DNA from: Bdellovibrionales bacterium
Lineage (GTDB): Bacteria > Bdellovibrionota > Bdellovibrionia > Bdellovibrionales > CAYMLA01
DNA length: 64,000 nucleotides
Direction: 5' to 3'
Assembly: GCA_965217115.1 (NCBI GenBank)
Contig: OZ244239.1
Location: 1,856,001 to 1,920,000, forward strand
The notes under the pieces are model-generated. The model was not told the origin of the DNA and made no database searches. It was given only the letters and a program-made list of their open reading frames with translations. This document shows positions 42,056 through 52,991 of this stretch, piece by piece (positions within the stretch are counted from its first letter, which is position 1; every line of letters starts with the position of its first letter). The position numbers were made by a program, and so were the translations under genes.

Positions 42056-42209
42056 TCTCTGGAAGTTTCCTTGGGGGAACAGATTGAAGTGATAACTATC
42101 TGAAATTACTTTAGAAACTCCTTTTACCTGAGACCCCAAGACCCATTTGATGAAAAATGGTTTTCCATAAAAGATTGGAAAGTGTCGGTAAATAGGCTAC
42201 AAGTTTTTT

Positions 42210-43025
42210 GTGTATTTCAGTTGTAAAATCAGCCATTCTATTTTGACTTACCTAGAGCGTGAAGGAAATGACACAGGTTTTATTTATGACCTGGAGGATC
42301 TTCCCCATGAGTTTCTTAGAGATCCCTCCTATTGGTTAGAAGCTGAGGAGATGGAGATTTTCTTGGAAGAAGTGGTTCGTCATTGTGTTGATAACCGTGA
42401 TGAAAACAGAACTTTGGATAGGGTTATTGAAGATGCTGGGCGATATTGTTATGAGCTGAGTACGTGGGGGGTTTTGAACAGTGTTTTAAAAATCATGGAA
42501 AACCCTAGAGACGTTTGGATGCAGCCAGAGAAATTTTTGTCTTATTTCATAGCACCAGGTCCTCCAGTGAATAATTTTATTTCAACAGAGGAGAGTTTCG
42601 AATTTGATGCTCCCGTGAGTTCAGAGCAATTTCCCTATAGTACAAGTTTTCTTGCCTCAGCGTTTGAATCTTTGCCTTTTTACATATGTAAGGATTCAGT
42701 CTCAGTGAGCTGGCAGGGTTGTCACTTGTTTATACGTTGGCAAGATAATCAGAAAAGTCTTTTTCCAGAAGAGAATTCTGCTCGCAATATGAGCCCTGAG
42801 TTAATGCGTTCTATTGTGGCAGAGTTAGAAGCGGGACAAAAAACTTTAGAAAATCGTAATCGAGAGTTACTTGAGAAAAATCAAGAATTACTAGAAGCTA
42901 AAGAACGGTTGGAGAGAATTATTAAAGGCGATGGGAGCGGTGGAGTGATAAATCAAACAAAAAATAAACGGAGAAGAATGGAAAAAAATGAATCTCAAAA
43001 ATCACAAATCGAGTTACCTATTTAA
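42210..43025 (+). CDS. hypothetical protein with C-terminal coiled coil
   Basis: 271-aa ORF; heptad-like LENRNRELLEKNQELLEAKERLE. Confidence 0.7.
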   Translation: MYFSCKISHSILTYLEREGNDTGFIYDLEDLPHEFLRDPSYWLEAEEMEIFLEEVVRHCVDNRDENRTLDRVIEDAGRYCYELSTWGVLNSVLKIMENPRDVWMQPEKFLSYFIAPGPPVNNFISTEESFEFDAPVSSEQFPYSTSFLASAFESLPFYICKDSVSVSWQGCHLFIRWQDNQKSLFPEENSARNMSPELMRSIVAELEAGQKTLENRNRELLEKNQELLEAKERLERIIKGDGSGGVINQTKNKRRRMEKNESQKSQIELPI

Positions 43026-43085
43026 AATTATCAAAACCTAATAAAGAAAATAAATTTTTAAAATTTGATAAATCAGGAGAAGAAT

Positions 43086-44351
43086 GTGTCAGAAATTATT
43101 GATGTTAGAGGGAGAGAGATTTTAGACAGTCGAGGAAATCCTACGGTAGAGGTGGATGTGTACACGTTGGGTGCAATGGGAAGAGCGGCTGTGCCTTCGG
43201 GAGCTTCGACGGGGGCCCATGAAGCCTGTGAATTGCGTGATGGCGATAGTGATCGCTATTTTGGGAAAGGTGTTGAGAAGGCGATTGATAATGTGAACGG
43301 GCCTATTTTTGATGAACTTATTGGAACCGATGTTACAGATCAGGTTTTGATTGATAAAACTTTAAGAGAGCTTGATGGGACAGAGAATAAATCTAAATTG
43401 GGAGCGAATGCTATTTTAGGTGTGTCATTGGCTTGTTCTAAGGCTGGGGCTTTGGAGTCGGAGTTGCCTTTGTATAAATATGTTGGTGGTGCCCATGCCT
43501 GTTGGTTACCAGTGCCTTTGATGAATGTTTTAAATGGCGGGGTCCATGCGGATAATGGCTTAGATGTGCAGGAGTTTATGATTGCTCCTATCTGCGGGGG
43601 GAGTTTTTCGGAAGCTTTGCGTGCAGGGAGTGAAGTCTTTCACACGTTAAAGAAGGTTTTATCAAAAAAGGGGTTCTCAACGAGTGTTGGAGATGAGGGG
43701 GGCTTTGCTCCAGTGTTAAAAAACAATGGGCACGCCTTGGAACTGTTAACTGAAGCGATTGAAAAAGCAGGTTATCATTTGGGAGAGGATATCTCTATTG
43801 CTCTTGATGTGGCGGCGACAGAGATTTTTAAGGACGGGTCTTATGGTTGGGAAGGAGAGAAAATATCTGGTGAAGAGTTAGCGAGTGTTTACGATGGTTG
43901 GAAGAAAAAATTTCCTCTGGTGAGTATTGAAGATGGTTTTTCAGAGGATGATTGGGAGAGTTGGGTGAACTTCACGCAGAAATCAGGAAGTGATTTACAG
44001 GTGGTGGGCGACGATCTCTTTGTCACAAATCCTAAACGCTTAGAGGTGGGGATTGAAAAAGGAGCTGCCAATGCCTTATTAGTTAAGGTGAACCAAATAG
44101 GCACGTTGACGGAGACTTGGAATGCGGTGAATTTAGCTCAGCGTAATCGTATGCGTACAGTGATGTCCCACAGAAGTGGTGAGACTGAAGATAGTATGAT
44201 TGCGGATCTATCGGTAGGCATGGGTTGTCAGCAGATTAAGACAGGGGGGCTGTGTCGAGGTGAGAGAACGGCGAAGTACAATCAGCTTTTACGTATAGAG
44301 GAAGAATTGGGGGAAGTGGCAAATTTTTGGGGAAAATCAGCGTTTCATTAG
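43086..44351 (+). CDS. eno: enolase (GTG start at 43086)
   Basis: [46 protein letters not shown] before the GTG. Confidence 0.98.
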   Translation: MSEIIDVRGREILDSRGNPTVEVDVYTLGAMGRAAVPSGASTGAHEACELRDGDSDRYFGKGVEKAIDNVNGPIFDELIGTDVTDQVLIDKTLRELDGTENKSKLGANAILGVSLACSKAGALESELPLYKYVGGAHACWLPVPLMNVLNGGVHADNGLDVQEFMIAPICGGSFSEALRAGSEVFHTLKKVLSKKGFSTSVGDEGGFAPVLKNNGHALELLTEAIEKAGYHLGEDISIALDVAATEIFKDGSYGWEGEKISGEELASVYDGWKKKFPLVSIEDGFSEDDWESWVNFTQKSGSDLQVVGDDLFVTNPKRLEVGIEKGAANALLVKVNQIGTLTETWNAVNLAQRNRMRTVMSHRSGETEDSMIADLSVGMGCQQIKTGGLCRGERTAKYNQLLRIEEELGEVANFWGKSAFH

Positions 44352-44506
44352 ACGACGCTGAAGAATCACAGGGTAAATCAATAAAAAGCGACGAACTTTT
44401 TGACACTATCACGCCTCTACTAGCCCTTAGTGAAAGGGCTTTCAGCGAGTTTTCCTAGATAGATTACCAGATATTTGAGAGAGGGTATCGAGTTGTCATA
44501 AGATTT

Positions 44507-44872
44507 TTGTTACAATTATTAATCTACTTTAACTTTAATTTTATGAAACGATTTGATAATGAGAGTCGAGTGAGGATGGACATTTTTTTTATTTTAGATA
44601 TTTTTAATTCACCCAAGAAAGTATTATTGGTGTGTGGTGTTAGTTTATTTATGGCTTTGGCTGCAAATGGCAGTCTGTTTGAGCTGTGGAAACTGCATGG
44701 AGAGAGAGAGAAGATATTCTTAAAAATAGAAAAGGCAAAACGTCAAATACAGGATTTAAGTCAGGAGTTGCGTCTGGCTCAAGATCCAGAGTTTATTAAA
44801 CGGCAGGCTAGAGATCGTTTTAATATGGTGGGAAAGGATGATTTGTTGTTTCTTTTTCCTTCAGAGAGTTAG
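44507..44872 (+). CDS. septum formation initiator FtsB/DivIC family (true start probably downstream)
   Basis: TM plus coiled coil plus DPEFIKRQARDRFNMV; follows eno. Confidence 0.75.
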   Translation: MLQLLIYFNFNFMKRFDNESRVRMDIFFILDIFNSPKKVLLVCGVSLFMALAANGSLFELWKLHGEREKIFLKIEKAKRQIQDLSQELRLAQDPEFIKRQARDRFNMVGKDDLLFLFPSES

Positions 44873-45014
44873 ATTGGCTTGCACTGGTCAGAGGTGAATT
44901 GTCGATAAGGTCTTATCATCTGACTTATTAGTAATTCATAGGCATTGATTGATACGAATTGATTAATACGCTAATGATTAAAACAGCTAATAAATTGACC
45001 TCAAGATATGAGTT

Positions 45015-45587
45015 TCATTGATTTAAAATACCGTTAATTCTTGATTTAAAATCACTGAGATTACTTGTCGTGTTCAGGCCTTGAGATGGGTTGGGGGAGA
45101 GTTTACTACTTGGGTTTGGGTCATATTCAGCTTCTGAGGTGAGTTTTTCAACTGTTTTACCGCCATTAGCATCGCTCTTAACTAAATAATGCCCCTGATG
45201 CCAGCCGTACAACGGATTAACTAATCTGCGAGTCGTGCTCTCAACAAAATAAACCCCTTCCTCGCCTACTTCGGGCATTTTTAAATCAGAGACTACCATA
45301 GTCCTGTCGTTAATCTTGCCGCCAGAAAAGCCTAACTCTATTGTTTTTGAGGCATACCTGCCTTTTATTAAATCGGTTATGTTAAAAGTGATAAAAGTCA
45401 TCGGTCGCCCATTCGGCAAACTGCGAACGCTCTTAGAGATAGCCTGACCTTGAAAGATAATTTCAGAGGCGTTAACCACAACATCAAAATCCACCTTGAG
45501 AATTGTGCTGGCGACAGATTGCGCACTCACTGCAAGCATTAAGACTGCAAAGGTGAGTTTCATTCTATTCGTACTGGCGTTCTTCAT
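45015..45587 (-). CDS. secreted partner of the metalloprotease (hypothetical)
   Basis: Probable start 45587 after GAGGAAG; signal peptide ending SAQSVA; co-oriented downstream of the protease gene. Confidence 0.65.
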   Translation of the reverse strand: MKNASTNRMKLTFAVLMLAVSAQSVASTILKVDFDVVVNASEIIFQGQAISKSVRSLPNGRPMTFITFNITDLIKGRYASKTIELGFSGGKINDRTMVVSDLKMPEVGEEGVYFVESTTRRLVNPLYGWHQGHYLVKSDANGGKTVEKLTSEAEYDPNPSSKLSPNPSQGLNTTSNLSDFKSRINGILNQ

Positions 45588-45718
45588 CTTACTCTTCCTC
45601 TTGTTTAATCTTACTTTTCGGTTTAAAAACTTATCGGAATTTTTAACTAAGATGTTTAGCAATGTGCAAACAAGGGCAAACAAGGGCAAACAACGGCAAA
45701 TAAGAAAGTAATATTTTT

Positions 45719-48700
45719 TTATCTATATGCATCTAAATAAGTTTTCAGCTCTTTGGTTGTCTTTCTGCCGTCAATCGCACCAGGAGAGATAGTAGTATGT
45801 AAATTGTTAGCATTAGAGTTCAATAAATATTTAAAGATAATCAATCCATCATTAGGGGCAGAGAGAACTCCATCGCCATCAACATCTAAAATATCTATTG
45901 CAGCATCTAAATAAGCTTTCAATTCTTCGCTTGTCTTTCTGTCGTCAGCCGCATCAGCCCTGATAGTAGTATGTAAATTGTTAGCATTAGGATTCGATAA
46001 ATATTTAAAGATAATCAATCCATCATTAGAGGCAGTGAGAACTCCATTGCCATCAACATCTAAGGAAAAAGTTGGAGCAAATGGTGTAGTGATGTCATTA
46101 AACTGATAACCAGAGTCTGTTGGTGCACCACTGCCGCCATGACTAGAACCACCCCAAGCAGTGATTGAGCCATCAGCTTTTAGAGCGGCAAAGGCAGAGA
46201 CAGTTGAATAAATTTCTACATAATCAGAGTCTGTTGGTGCACCACTGCCGCCATGATCAGAGCCACCCCAAGCAGTGATTGAGCCGTCAGTTTTTAGAGC
46301 GGCAAAGGCAGAGGCCGTTGAATAAACCTTTACATAACCAGAGTCTGTTGGTGAACCACTGCCACCATGACCAGAGCCACCCCAAGCATTGATTGAGCCA
46401 TCAGCTTTTAGAGCGGCAAAGGCAGAGGCCGTTGAATAAACCTTTACATAACCAGAGTCTGTTGGCGCACCACTGCCGCCATGATCAGAGCCACCCCAAG
46501 CGGTGATTGAACCATCAGCTTTTAGAGCGGCAAAGGCAGAGGCCGTTGAATGAACCTTTACATAACCAGTGCCTGTTGGTGCGCCACTGCCGCCATGATC
46601 AGAGCCACCCCAAGCAGTGATTGAGCCATCAGCTTTTAGAGCGGCAAAGGCGTTTTCAGTTGAATAAATATTTATATAACCAGAGTCTACCGGAGCACCA
46701 GTGTCGCCCCCGCCCCAAGCAGTGATTGAACCATCAGCTTTTAGAGCTGCAAAGGCTTTGGCAATTGAATAAATTTTTACATAACCAGAGTCTGTTGGTG
46801 CCTCAGTGCCACTAGCAAAAGATCCGCCCCAAGCAGTGATTGAGCCATCAGCTTTTAAAGCGGCAAAGGCAACATCGTTTGAATAAATTTTTACATAACC
46901 AGAGTCTGTTGGTGCACCACTGCCACCATAATCAGTTTCACCCCAAACAGTGATTGAACCATCAGCTTTTAGAGCTGCAAAGGCTTGGACAGTTGAATAA
47001 ATATTTGCATAACCAGAGTCTGTTGGTGCATTGACACTAGAGTCACCCCAAGCAGTGATTGAGCCATCAGCTTTTAGAGCGGCAAAGGCAGAGGAAGAGG
47101 GATGAACCTTTACATAACCAGAGTCTGTTGGCGCATCATCACTAAATTCACCCCAAGCAGTGATTGAGCCATCAGCTTTTAAGGCAGCAAAGGCAGAACT
47201 AGCAGTATTTGGTGCATTAAAAACACCTCCGTATTGGTTATAGATGGTAGAATAATCAATATAAGAATTAGGACTGTCATTGCTATTGTTTAAATTAGTA
47301 CCAGCATTATATTCTTCTAAATTACTAAAGCCATCACCATCTGAATCGCCATTAGCATCAGAGGCATCTAGCGAGTTTAAACCATTATTTGCTTCAAAAC
47401 TATCAGGAATGCCATCGTTATCATCATCAATATCAATAGCATCAGGTGTGCCGTCGGTGTCGGTATCGATCTCGATAAAATGAGCATCGCAAGATTTATC
47501 ACTGTCCATCACAATAGTTAGTGGGTTATCTGAACTTGATGAACAATCACTCCAATGGGTAAAGGTATAACCATCATTTGCGTTGGCGGTGAGTTGGATC
47601 TGGGTGTTTTCATTATAAGATTGGCTACAATCAGTGCCACAGTCGATGCCAGTAGCTGTAACAATGCCATCGCTTGCTGAGGTGCTTAGAGTCCATTTAG
47701 TGACAGCGACTCTGTGGACTGCTGCTGAAGCTTCAGAACAAGTGCTGATATCATTATTGATACAAGCTTTTAGGGTGTAAGAATAGTTAGTACCGCTACT
47801 CAATCCAGTATGACTATAACTTAGGTTACTGCCCCCATAAATCTGTATGCCATCATTATATAAGAGATAATAAGTTGCGACACTAACGCTTGGCCATGAA
47901 AGGTTGATTTGGTTAGCACTTTGGACTGTGGCACTGGGGGCAGCTGGAGCTACAAGAGCACGATACCCTGAATCAGAATAACTATAATCACCACAGCGGT
48001 CAGTGCCACTTGAGTTTTCGCAAGCCTTTACTTTGTATGAATAAATTATACCTTCTGCTGCTGAGCTGTCATCATAAGGTGAAGATGAAGTGCTTGCAAT
48101 TTGTGAGTAAACCCCTTCTGAACCATTGGAACGATAAACTGTATAACTTGAAGCATTGCTAACATCACTCCAAGAGACTTCCACATAGGAGGTATAGCTG
48201 CCATCTGAGGCACTAACCCCAGATGGAGCTGGGATTGTATTAGTAATATCAGCCCTAAGGGTGTAATCGCCCGTTGTGGAGAGAAAATATCCTTTAACGC
48301 GAATATAATAAGTGCCAGCGCTAAGAGTTTGTCTAATGTTAAAATTTCCATTTATTGTAGATATATTATTATGTTCGGCAATAACATTACCAGAACTGTC
48401 TAATAAATAACCATAGGTGTTTGTAATACCTGTGCTATAAATATCCAAATCACCGCCGCCGACAGGCACGTGAATACTAAAATAATCATCATCACCGTCA
48501 CCTCTAATATTACCACTGACATCGGTATTAAAACTAATAGCAGTGGCAGTGCTGGTGTCGTCTCCATGATCGTCTGTTGAGTTATCAAGACCATATATTG
48601 CCCTAATTGCATTTATATCATCTGTTTGCAGTGTTTTTACACTGTTACTATATGTCGGGTTCATTATTGCAGAATTAGTCTCTTCATGGCCTATCCCAAG

Positions 48701-49171
48701 GGTGTGGCCGACTTCGTGCAAGGCAACGCGTTTAAAATCAATTGGAGAGTTGGTGCTATTGTCGTGAATGCCCCATGTTCGTGATGAATTAAAAACAATA
48801 TAAGCTGAAGCTTTGGTAGTGCCAGCACTCCAACCACTGGCTATTGCAAGTGTAGTATCGCCAAAATCTGTACCGCATATGTCACTGCTAAACCTGACAC
48901 TACTGTATAGATCAAGTATATTAATTCCACAGGGGTCTTTATATGCTGAAATAGGGTTATATTGAAAGTTAGAATTATCACCCCAAGAAGTCATTGCATT
49001 ATTTAGGGCTGATTGGTAATCAGCAGCACTGATATTATCCTCGCTGCCACCAAATCCTATATAAAATTCGACATCATTGCTTGTCCAACTACTTGTTAGC
49101 AACTCATAAGCATTGACTGATACGCCAATGACTAAGACAGCTAAGAAACTTATCTTAGAGATGAGTTTCAT
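45719..49171 (-). CDS. secreted multidomain matrixin (M10-like) metalloprotease with PPC, FN3-like, Asp-rich Ca-binding, RCC1-like and duplicated C-terminal dockerin-like modules
   Basis: HEVGHTLGIGH plus Met-turn AIMNP; DTDTDGTPDAID repeats; 10x AFAALKxDGSIxxWG; 2x LDVDGxGVL..NDGLIIFKYL. Confidence 0.85.
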   Translation of the reverse strand: MKLISKISFLAVLVIGVSVNAYELLTSSWTSNDVEFYIGFGGSEDNISAADYQSALNNAMTSWGDNSNFQYNPISAYKDPCGINILDLYSSVRFSSDICGTDFGDTTLAIASGWSAGTTKASAYIVFNSSRTWGIHDNSTNSPIDFKRVALHEVGHTLGIGHEETNSAIMNPTYSNSVKTLQTDDINAIRAIYGLDNSTDDHGDDTSTATAISFNTDVSGNIRGDGDDDYFSIHVPVGGGDLDIYSTGITNTYGYLLDSSGNVIAEHNNISTINGNFNIRQTLSAGTYYIRVKGYFLSTTGDYTLRADITNTIPAPSGVSASDGSYTSYVEVSWSDVSNASSYTVYRSNGSEGVYSQIASTSSSPYDDSSAAEGIIYSYKVKACENSSGTDRCGDYSYSDSGYRALVAPAAPSATVQSANQINLSWPSVSVATYYLLYNDGIQIYGGSNLSYSHTGLSSGTNYSYTLKACINNDISTCSEASAAVHRVAVTKWTLSTSASDGIVTATGIDCGTDCSQSYNENTQIQLTANANDGYTFTHWSDCSSSSDNPLTIVMDSDKSCDAHFIEIDTDTDGTPDAIDIDDDNDGIPDSFEANNGLNSLDASDANGDSDGDGFSNLEEYNAGTNLNNSNDSPNSYIDYSTIYNQYGGVFNAPNTASSAFAALKADGSITAWGEFSDDAPTDSGYVKVHPSSSAFAALKADGSITAWGDSSVNAPTDSGYANIYSTVQAFAALKADGSITVWGETDYGGSGAPTDSGYVKIYSNDVAFAALKADGSITAWGGSFASGTEAPTDSGYVKIYSIAKAFAALKADGSITAWGGGDTGAPVDSGYINIYSTENAFAALKADGSITAWGGSDHGGSGAPTGTGYVKVHSTASAFAALKADGSITAWGGSDHGGSGAPTDSGYVKVYSTASAFAALKADGSINAWGGSGHGGSGSPTDSGYVKVYSTASAFAALKTDGSITAWGGSDHGGSGAPTDSDYVEIYSTVSAFAALKADGSITAWGGSSHGGSGAPTDSGYQFNDITTPFAPTFSLDVDGNGVLTASNDGLIIFKYLSNPNANNLHTTIRADAADDRKTSEELKAYLDAAIDILDVDGDGVLSAPNDGLIIFKYLLNSNANNLHTTISPGAIDGRKTTKELKTYLDAYR
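46105..47200 (-). repeat. ten intragenic ~108-117-bp tandem repeats (RCC1-like propeller blades)
   Basis: Recurrent CCCCAAGCAGTGATTGAGCCATCAGCTTTTAGAGCGGCAAAGGC. Confidence 0.92.
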
Positions 49172-49338
49172 TGATCACCCCAAGCAGTGATTGAGCCGCC
49201 GGCTTTAAATATAGGCGAAAGCGTCACTGGCAGTCTTCTGCTGCTTCTTCTTCTGCTTTTTCTTCTTAGAGCATACGCCATAGCCATGCTAGACATAAAC
49301 AGAGTCGACACTACAGAGAGATTTGATACTTTCTTCAC
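49168..49338 (-). pseudogene. 56-aa relic: signal-peptide-like start plus one degenerate RCC1-like repeat
   Basis: VKKVSNLSVVSTLFMSSMAMAYA...FKAGGSITAWGDQ*; its TGA overlaps the protease ATG. Confidence 0.5.
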
Positions 49339-49732
49339 CGTATTCTTCCTTTTATTTAGTCACAACTATTCATAAGCATGGATGACTGTCTTTTTCAGGT
49401 AGACTCTCCACGCAAAATAAAATTTATTTACACCGTAAGACTCTTGAGGTTTTTGAAATACTGAGATGTTTTGAAACAAAGAAGTGACTACTAGTTAAAC
49501 ACTCGCTCTTACTTTTTAGATTAAAAACTCATCGGACTTTTCAAGTAAAAGATTTAACGGTTTTTTTTTAACAGGCTCTCTTCCAGCTCCTCCGATAAAA
49601 GATGCCTTGAAAATAACTGACCCCCGTGATCACAAAGAACTATAAAGACGGGCAATGAGTTAAAAAATAGTTACACCAAAGCGCCCTTGAATCGACTGTG
49701 AGCGGATTTTTATTTAAGCCCTTGTGAATATC

Positions 49733-49816
49733 TGTCTCATCCATTGTCTCATCCATTGTCTCATCTATTGTCTCATTCATTGTCTCATCTATTGTCTCAT
49801 TCATTGTCTCATTCAT
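49733..49816. repeat. 7 x 12-bp tandem repeat TGTCTCATYYAT
   Basis: Seven consecutive units read directly, upstream of polA. Confidence 0.95.
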
Positions 49817-50021
49817 AGACATGTGTTCACAAGGAAGGCTGGCACAAGGCCATAAATAAGTCTTATACTATAATCTAATTTGTCTGTAGATGGGTTTAAA
49901 ATTTGTCATGGCCCTGTAGCTGTGGTCTACAAAAAACATGGCAGAGTTCACTGGTCATGGGCCTAAATCAAGTACATGTATCACTTGCTTTGGACTGCTT
50001 AGGAAGTGTATATCCATATGT

Positions 50022-52589
50022 ATGAAAAAAAAATTATTCATTGTTGATGTGAGTTCCTGGTTTTTCCGTGCGTTTTATGCCGTTCGCCCTCTGTCGACAG
50101 CCAGTGGTTTGCCGACAAACGCTGTCTATGGTTATTTGCAAATGGTGTCAAAGCTGATTAAAGAAAAAAATCCAGAGTACATTGCTTTTTGCTATGATCG
50201 CAAAGAGCCCTCTTTTCGTAGGGACATAGACCCTAATTACAAGGCAAATCGGGGTGAGATGCCTGAAGAGCTGGTTCCACAAATGCCCTACATAAAAAAA
50301 GTGGCTCCGCTCATGGGAATTGCGTCCTTTGAAAAAAAAGGTTTTGAGGCGGATGACTTGATAGGCACCCTTTGCCATAGAGCTGAGCAGTGGGGGCTAG
50401 ATGTGGTCATTGCAAGCGGCGACAAGGACTTTGGGCAGTTGATTAATAAAAGTGTAACCATGCTCGATACGATGAAGGGTATTTGTTACGATGAAAAAGG
50501 TGTGCTGGAGAAGTGGGGCATTAGACCTGAACAGTTCATCGATTACTTGGCTCTTGTTGGAGATGCTTCAGATAATATTCCTGGGGTTAGGGGAGTTGGC
50601 CCTAAAGGGGCACAGAAACTAATTGTCGAGTATGAAACACTAGATGGTATCTATAAAAATTTAGATAAAATCAAAAGCCAGAGTGTTAGAGATAAATTGA
50701 GCGAAAACAAAGAGAATGCTTATCTCTCGAAGAAATTAGTGACGATTGTGACAGATATTGAATTGAATGTGGAGCTTGATGATTTAAAGAAGCAACCATT
50801 GGATGAGGATGGGTTGCGCTCTTTTCTAAAAGAGTTGGAATTTGAGAAGTTAGAAAAAAATCTTTTAAATCAGAAGAGTGCTGTCAAAGGGGAGAGTAAA
50901 AAAACTAAGGAGACAGCAGTCGTTAATAAACCCCAAGATAAGATTTCATTGATTGAGAGAAAGGTTAATTTGAAGGAGTTAGAGCGCTTAATTGACGCAA
51001 GAGGTGAGTATTGGGTTTTTAATCAAGAAGAAGATTTTGTCGTCGCTTCTGATAAAGAGGTGTTTTTAATAGAAGAGAACTCTACAGAAGTGAAAGGGTT
51101 TTTATCTACACAGAGCTTTGGCTGGAAGGGTTTTGGTTTAAAAGAATTGTGGACTCGATTGGAAATTAAAAAACCAGTGGCAGCTTGGGACAGTCAAGTG
51201 GCGGCCTATGTTGTGAGAGCTGGAAACGTCGGTGATTTTGCTAAAGTTTTTGAGCAGTACACAGGAGGTATCTTGCCAGACGAACAATCAGAGCAAGAAA
51301 TTGGGGGGAGTTCATTAGTGAATCAAGTGAAGAATCATATTCTTCTACAAAATTGTTTACGTGCAGAATTAAAAAAAGTGGGAGGAGATGAAATATTTCA
51401 GGATATGGAGATGCCTTTGATAGAAATCCTCTACCGTATGGAGCGAGCAGGGGTGTCTCTAGATGTGAAAGATTTGAAGGTTTTTAGTGAAGAGTTGGGA
51501 CAGGAGATCGCACGGTCTCAAAAAAAAATATGGGATATTGCGGGAGAAGAGTTTAATGTGGCAAGCCCTAAACAGTTGGCCGTGGTGTTGTTTGACAAAT
51601 TGGGTTTACCACCGAGTAAAAAAACTAAAACAGGGTATTCAACAAAGACGGAAGTTTTAAATAAATTAGCAAAAGAGCATCCCATCTGCGAAAAAGTTTT
51701 GAGCTTTAGGGAAAACTCAAAACTAAAATCTACTTACGTCGATGCTCTCCCTCAATTGGTGGATGGGAAGACGTTAAGATTACACACGACTTATAATCAG
51801 GCTTTGACGACGACGGGTCGTCTATCGAGCCACAACCCCAATTTGCAGAATATCCCCATCCGAACATCGAAGGGGCATCGAGTGCGTCGATCTTTTGTTG
51901 CGGGGAAGGGTCAGCAATTACTTTCAGTGGATTATAGTCAAATTGAGCTGAGAATTTTAGCCCATATAACGGGTGATAAGGGTTTGATTCAGGCTTTTGA
52001 AAATGACTTGGATATTCATGCGGCAACGGCCAGTGAGGTTTTTTCAGTCTCTCTTGATGGGGTGACACCTGATTTGCGACGTAAGGCCAAAGCCATTAAT
52101 TTTGGTATTGCCTATGGGCAGGGAGCTTTTGGCTTGGCGGAGACCCTGGGGGTTTCCCGTGGGGAGTCTAAAGAAATTATTACGAATTATTTTGAGAAAT
52201 TTTCGGGTGTGTCGACTTACATGACTGATATTGTGGAATCAGCTAAAGAGAGGGGTTTTGTAGAAACCTTGTTGGGTCGTCGTCGTTACATTGATGAGTT
52301 AAAATCCAGTAATGGCATGATCCGTAAGTTTGGTGAGAGGGCGGCAATCAATGCGCCTATCCAGGGAACAGCCAGTGATATTATAAAAAAAGCAATGGTG
52401 GAGTTGTCTGACAAGATTTGTTCTAAAATGATTTTGCAGGTTCATGATGAATTGATTTTTGAAGGTTCGAAGGATGAGCTAAAAAAAGATATTCCTATTA
52501 TTAAAGAGATCATGAGCGGGGCTGTTGATTTGAAGGTTCCTTTGAAGGTTAATGTGGGGGTGGGGGGGGATTGGGCCCAAACCCATTAG
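50022..52589 (+). CDS. polA: DNA polymerase I (probable start 50022)
   Basis: 5'-3' exonuclease FEADD and GDASDNIPGV; polymerase TGRLSS, DYSQIELR, KAINFGIAYG, QVHDEL. Confidence 0.97.
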   Translation: MKKKLFIVDVSSWFFRAFYAVRPLSTASGLPTNAVYGYLQMVSKLIKEKNPEYIAFCYDRKEPSFRRDIDPNYKANRGEMPEELVPQMPYIKKVAPLMGIASFEKKGFEADDLIGTLCHRAEQWGLDVVIASGDKDFGQLINKSVTMLDTMKGICYDEKGVLEKWGIRPEQFIDYLALVGDASDNIPGVRGVGPKGAQKLIVEYETLDGIYKNLDKIKSQSVRDKLSENKENAYLSKKLVTIVTDIELNVELDDLKKQPLDEDGLRSFLKELEFEKLEKNLLNQKSAVKGESKKTKETAVVNKPQDKISLIERKVNLKELERLIDARGEYWVFNQEEDFVVASDKEVFLIEENSTEVKGFLSTQSFGWKGFGLKELWTRLEIKKPVAAWDSQVAAYVVRAGNVGDFAKVFEQYTGGILPDEQSEQEIGGSSLVNQVKNHILLQNCLRAELKKVGGDEIFQDMEMPLIEILYRMERAGVSLDVKDLKVFSEELGQEIARSQKKIWDIAGEEFNVASPKQLAVVLFDKLGLPPSKKTKTGYSTKTEVLNKLAKEHPICEKVLSFRENSKLKSTYVDALPQLVDGKTLRLHTTYNQALTTTGRLSSHNPNLQNIPIRTSKGHRVRRSFVAGKGQQLLSVDYSQIELRILAHITGDKGLIQAFENDLDIHAATASEVFSVSLDGVTPDLRRKAKAINFGIAYGQGAFGLAETLGVSRGESKEIITNYFEKFSGVSTYMTDIVESAKERGFVETLLGRRRYIDELKSSNGMIRKFGERAAINAPIQGTASDIIKKAMVELSDKICSKMILQVHDELIFEGSKDELKKDIPIIKEIMSGAVDLKVPLKVNVGVGGDWAQTH

Positions 52590-52600
52590 CTTGATTTTCG

Positions 52601-52736
52601 CGAGTAAGAACTTCTTAGGAAGGTCTTCACCGTAAAGCTCAGACATGCGGTTGGCAGCACGGCTCACTGAAAAGTGAGCAGCGCACCAATCCGAACTCGC
52701 TTTACGGTAAAGACCTTCCTAAGAAGTTCTTACTCG
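52601..52736. repeat. long imperfect palindrome, copy 1
   Basis: CGAGTAAGAACTTCTTAGGAAGGTCTTcACCGTAAAGC pairs with GCTTTACGGTaAAGACCTTCCTAAGAAGTTCTTACTCG; inner GCTCACT-GAAA-AGTGAGC. Confidence 0.92.
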
Positions 52737-52991
52737 AAACCTGCGGCTGGGCTGGGAACAACGGAGGTTGGAGGCAGTGGGCTTTGGGTTTAGACTCGCT
52801 TTACGGTGAATATCTGCCTAAGAAACTCTTATTGAAACCTGCGGCTGGGCTGGGAACAACGGGGGGGGAGTGGTCACGGAGGTTGAGGAGCTTTATTGAA
52901 ATCTGTGATTGAGTCCTATGGTTTTGGTTATTATTCCGAGATAGATGGAAGTGAGTTTGGAGATGGCATTAACTGAGTTCTTGGTTTTGTA

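Noticed and set aside
46105..47200. DGR template/variable repeat pair within the protease repeats
   Set aside because: The repeats are in-frame tandem protein modules, differences are not adenine-specific, and the only RT is retron-type and >30 kb away.
49733..49816. CRISPR-like repeat / 60-aa ORF 49640-49822
   Set aside because: Contiguous 12-bp units with no spacers; the ORF just translates the repeat.
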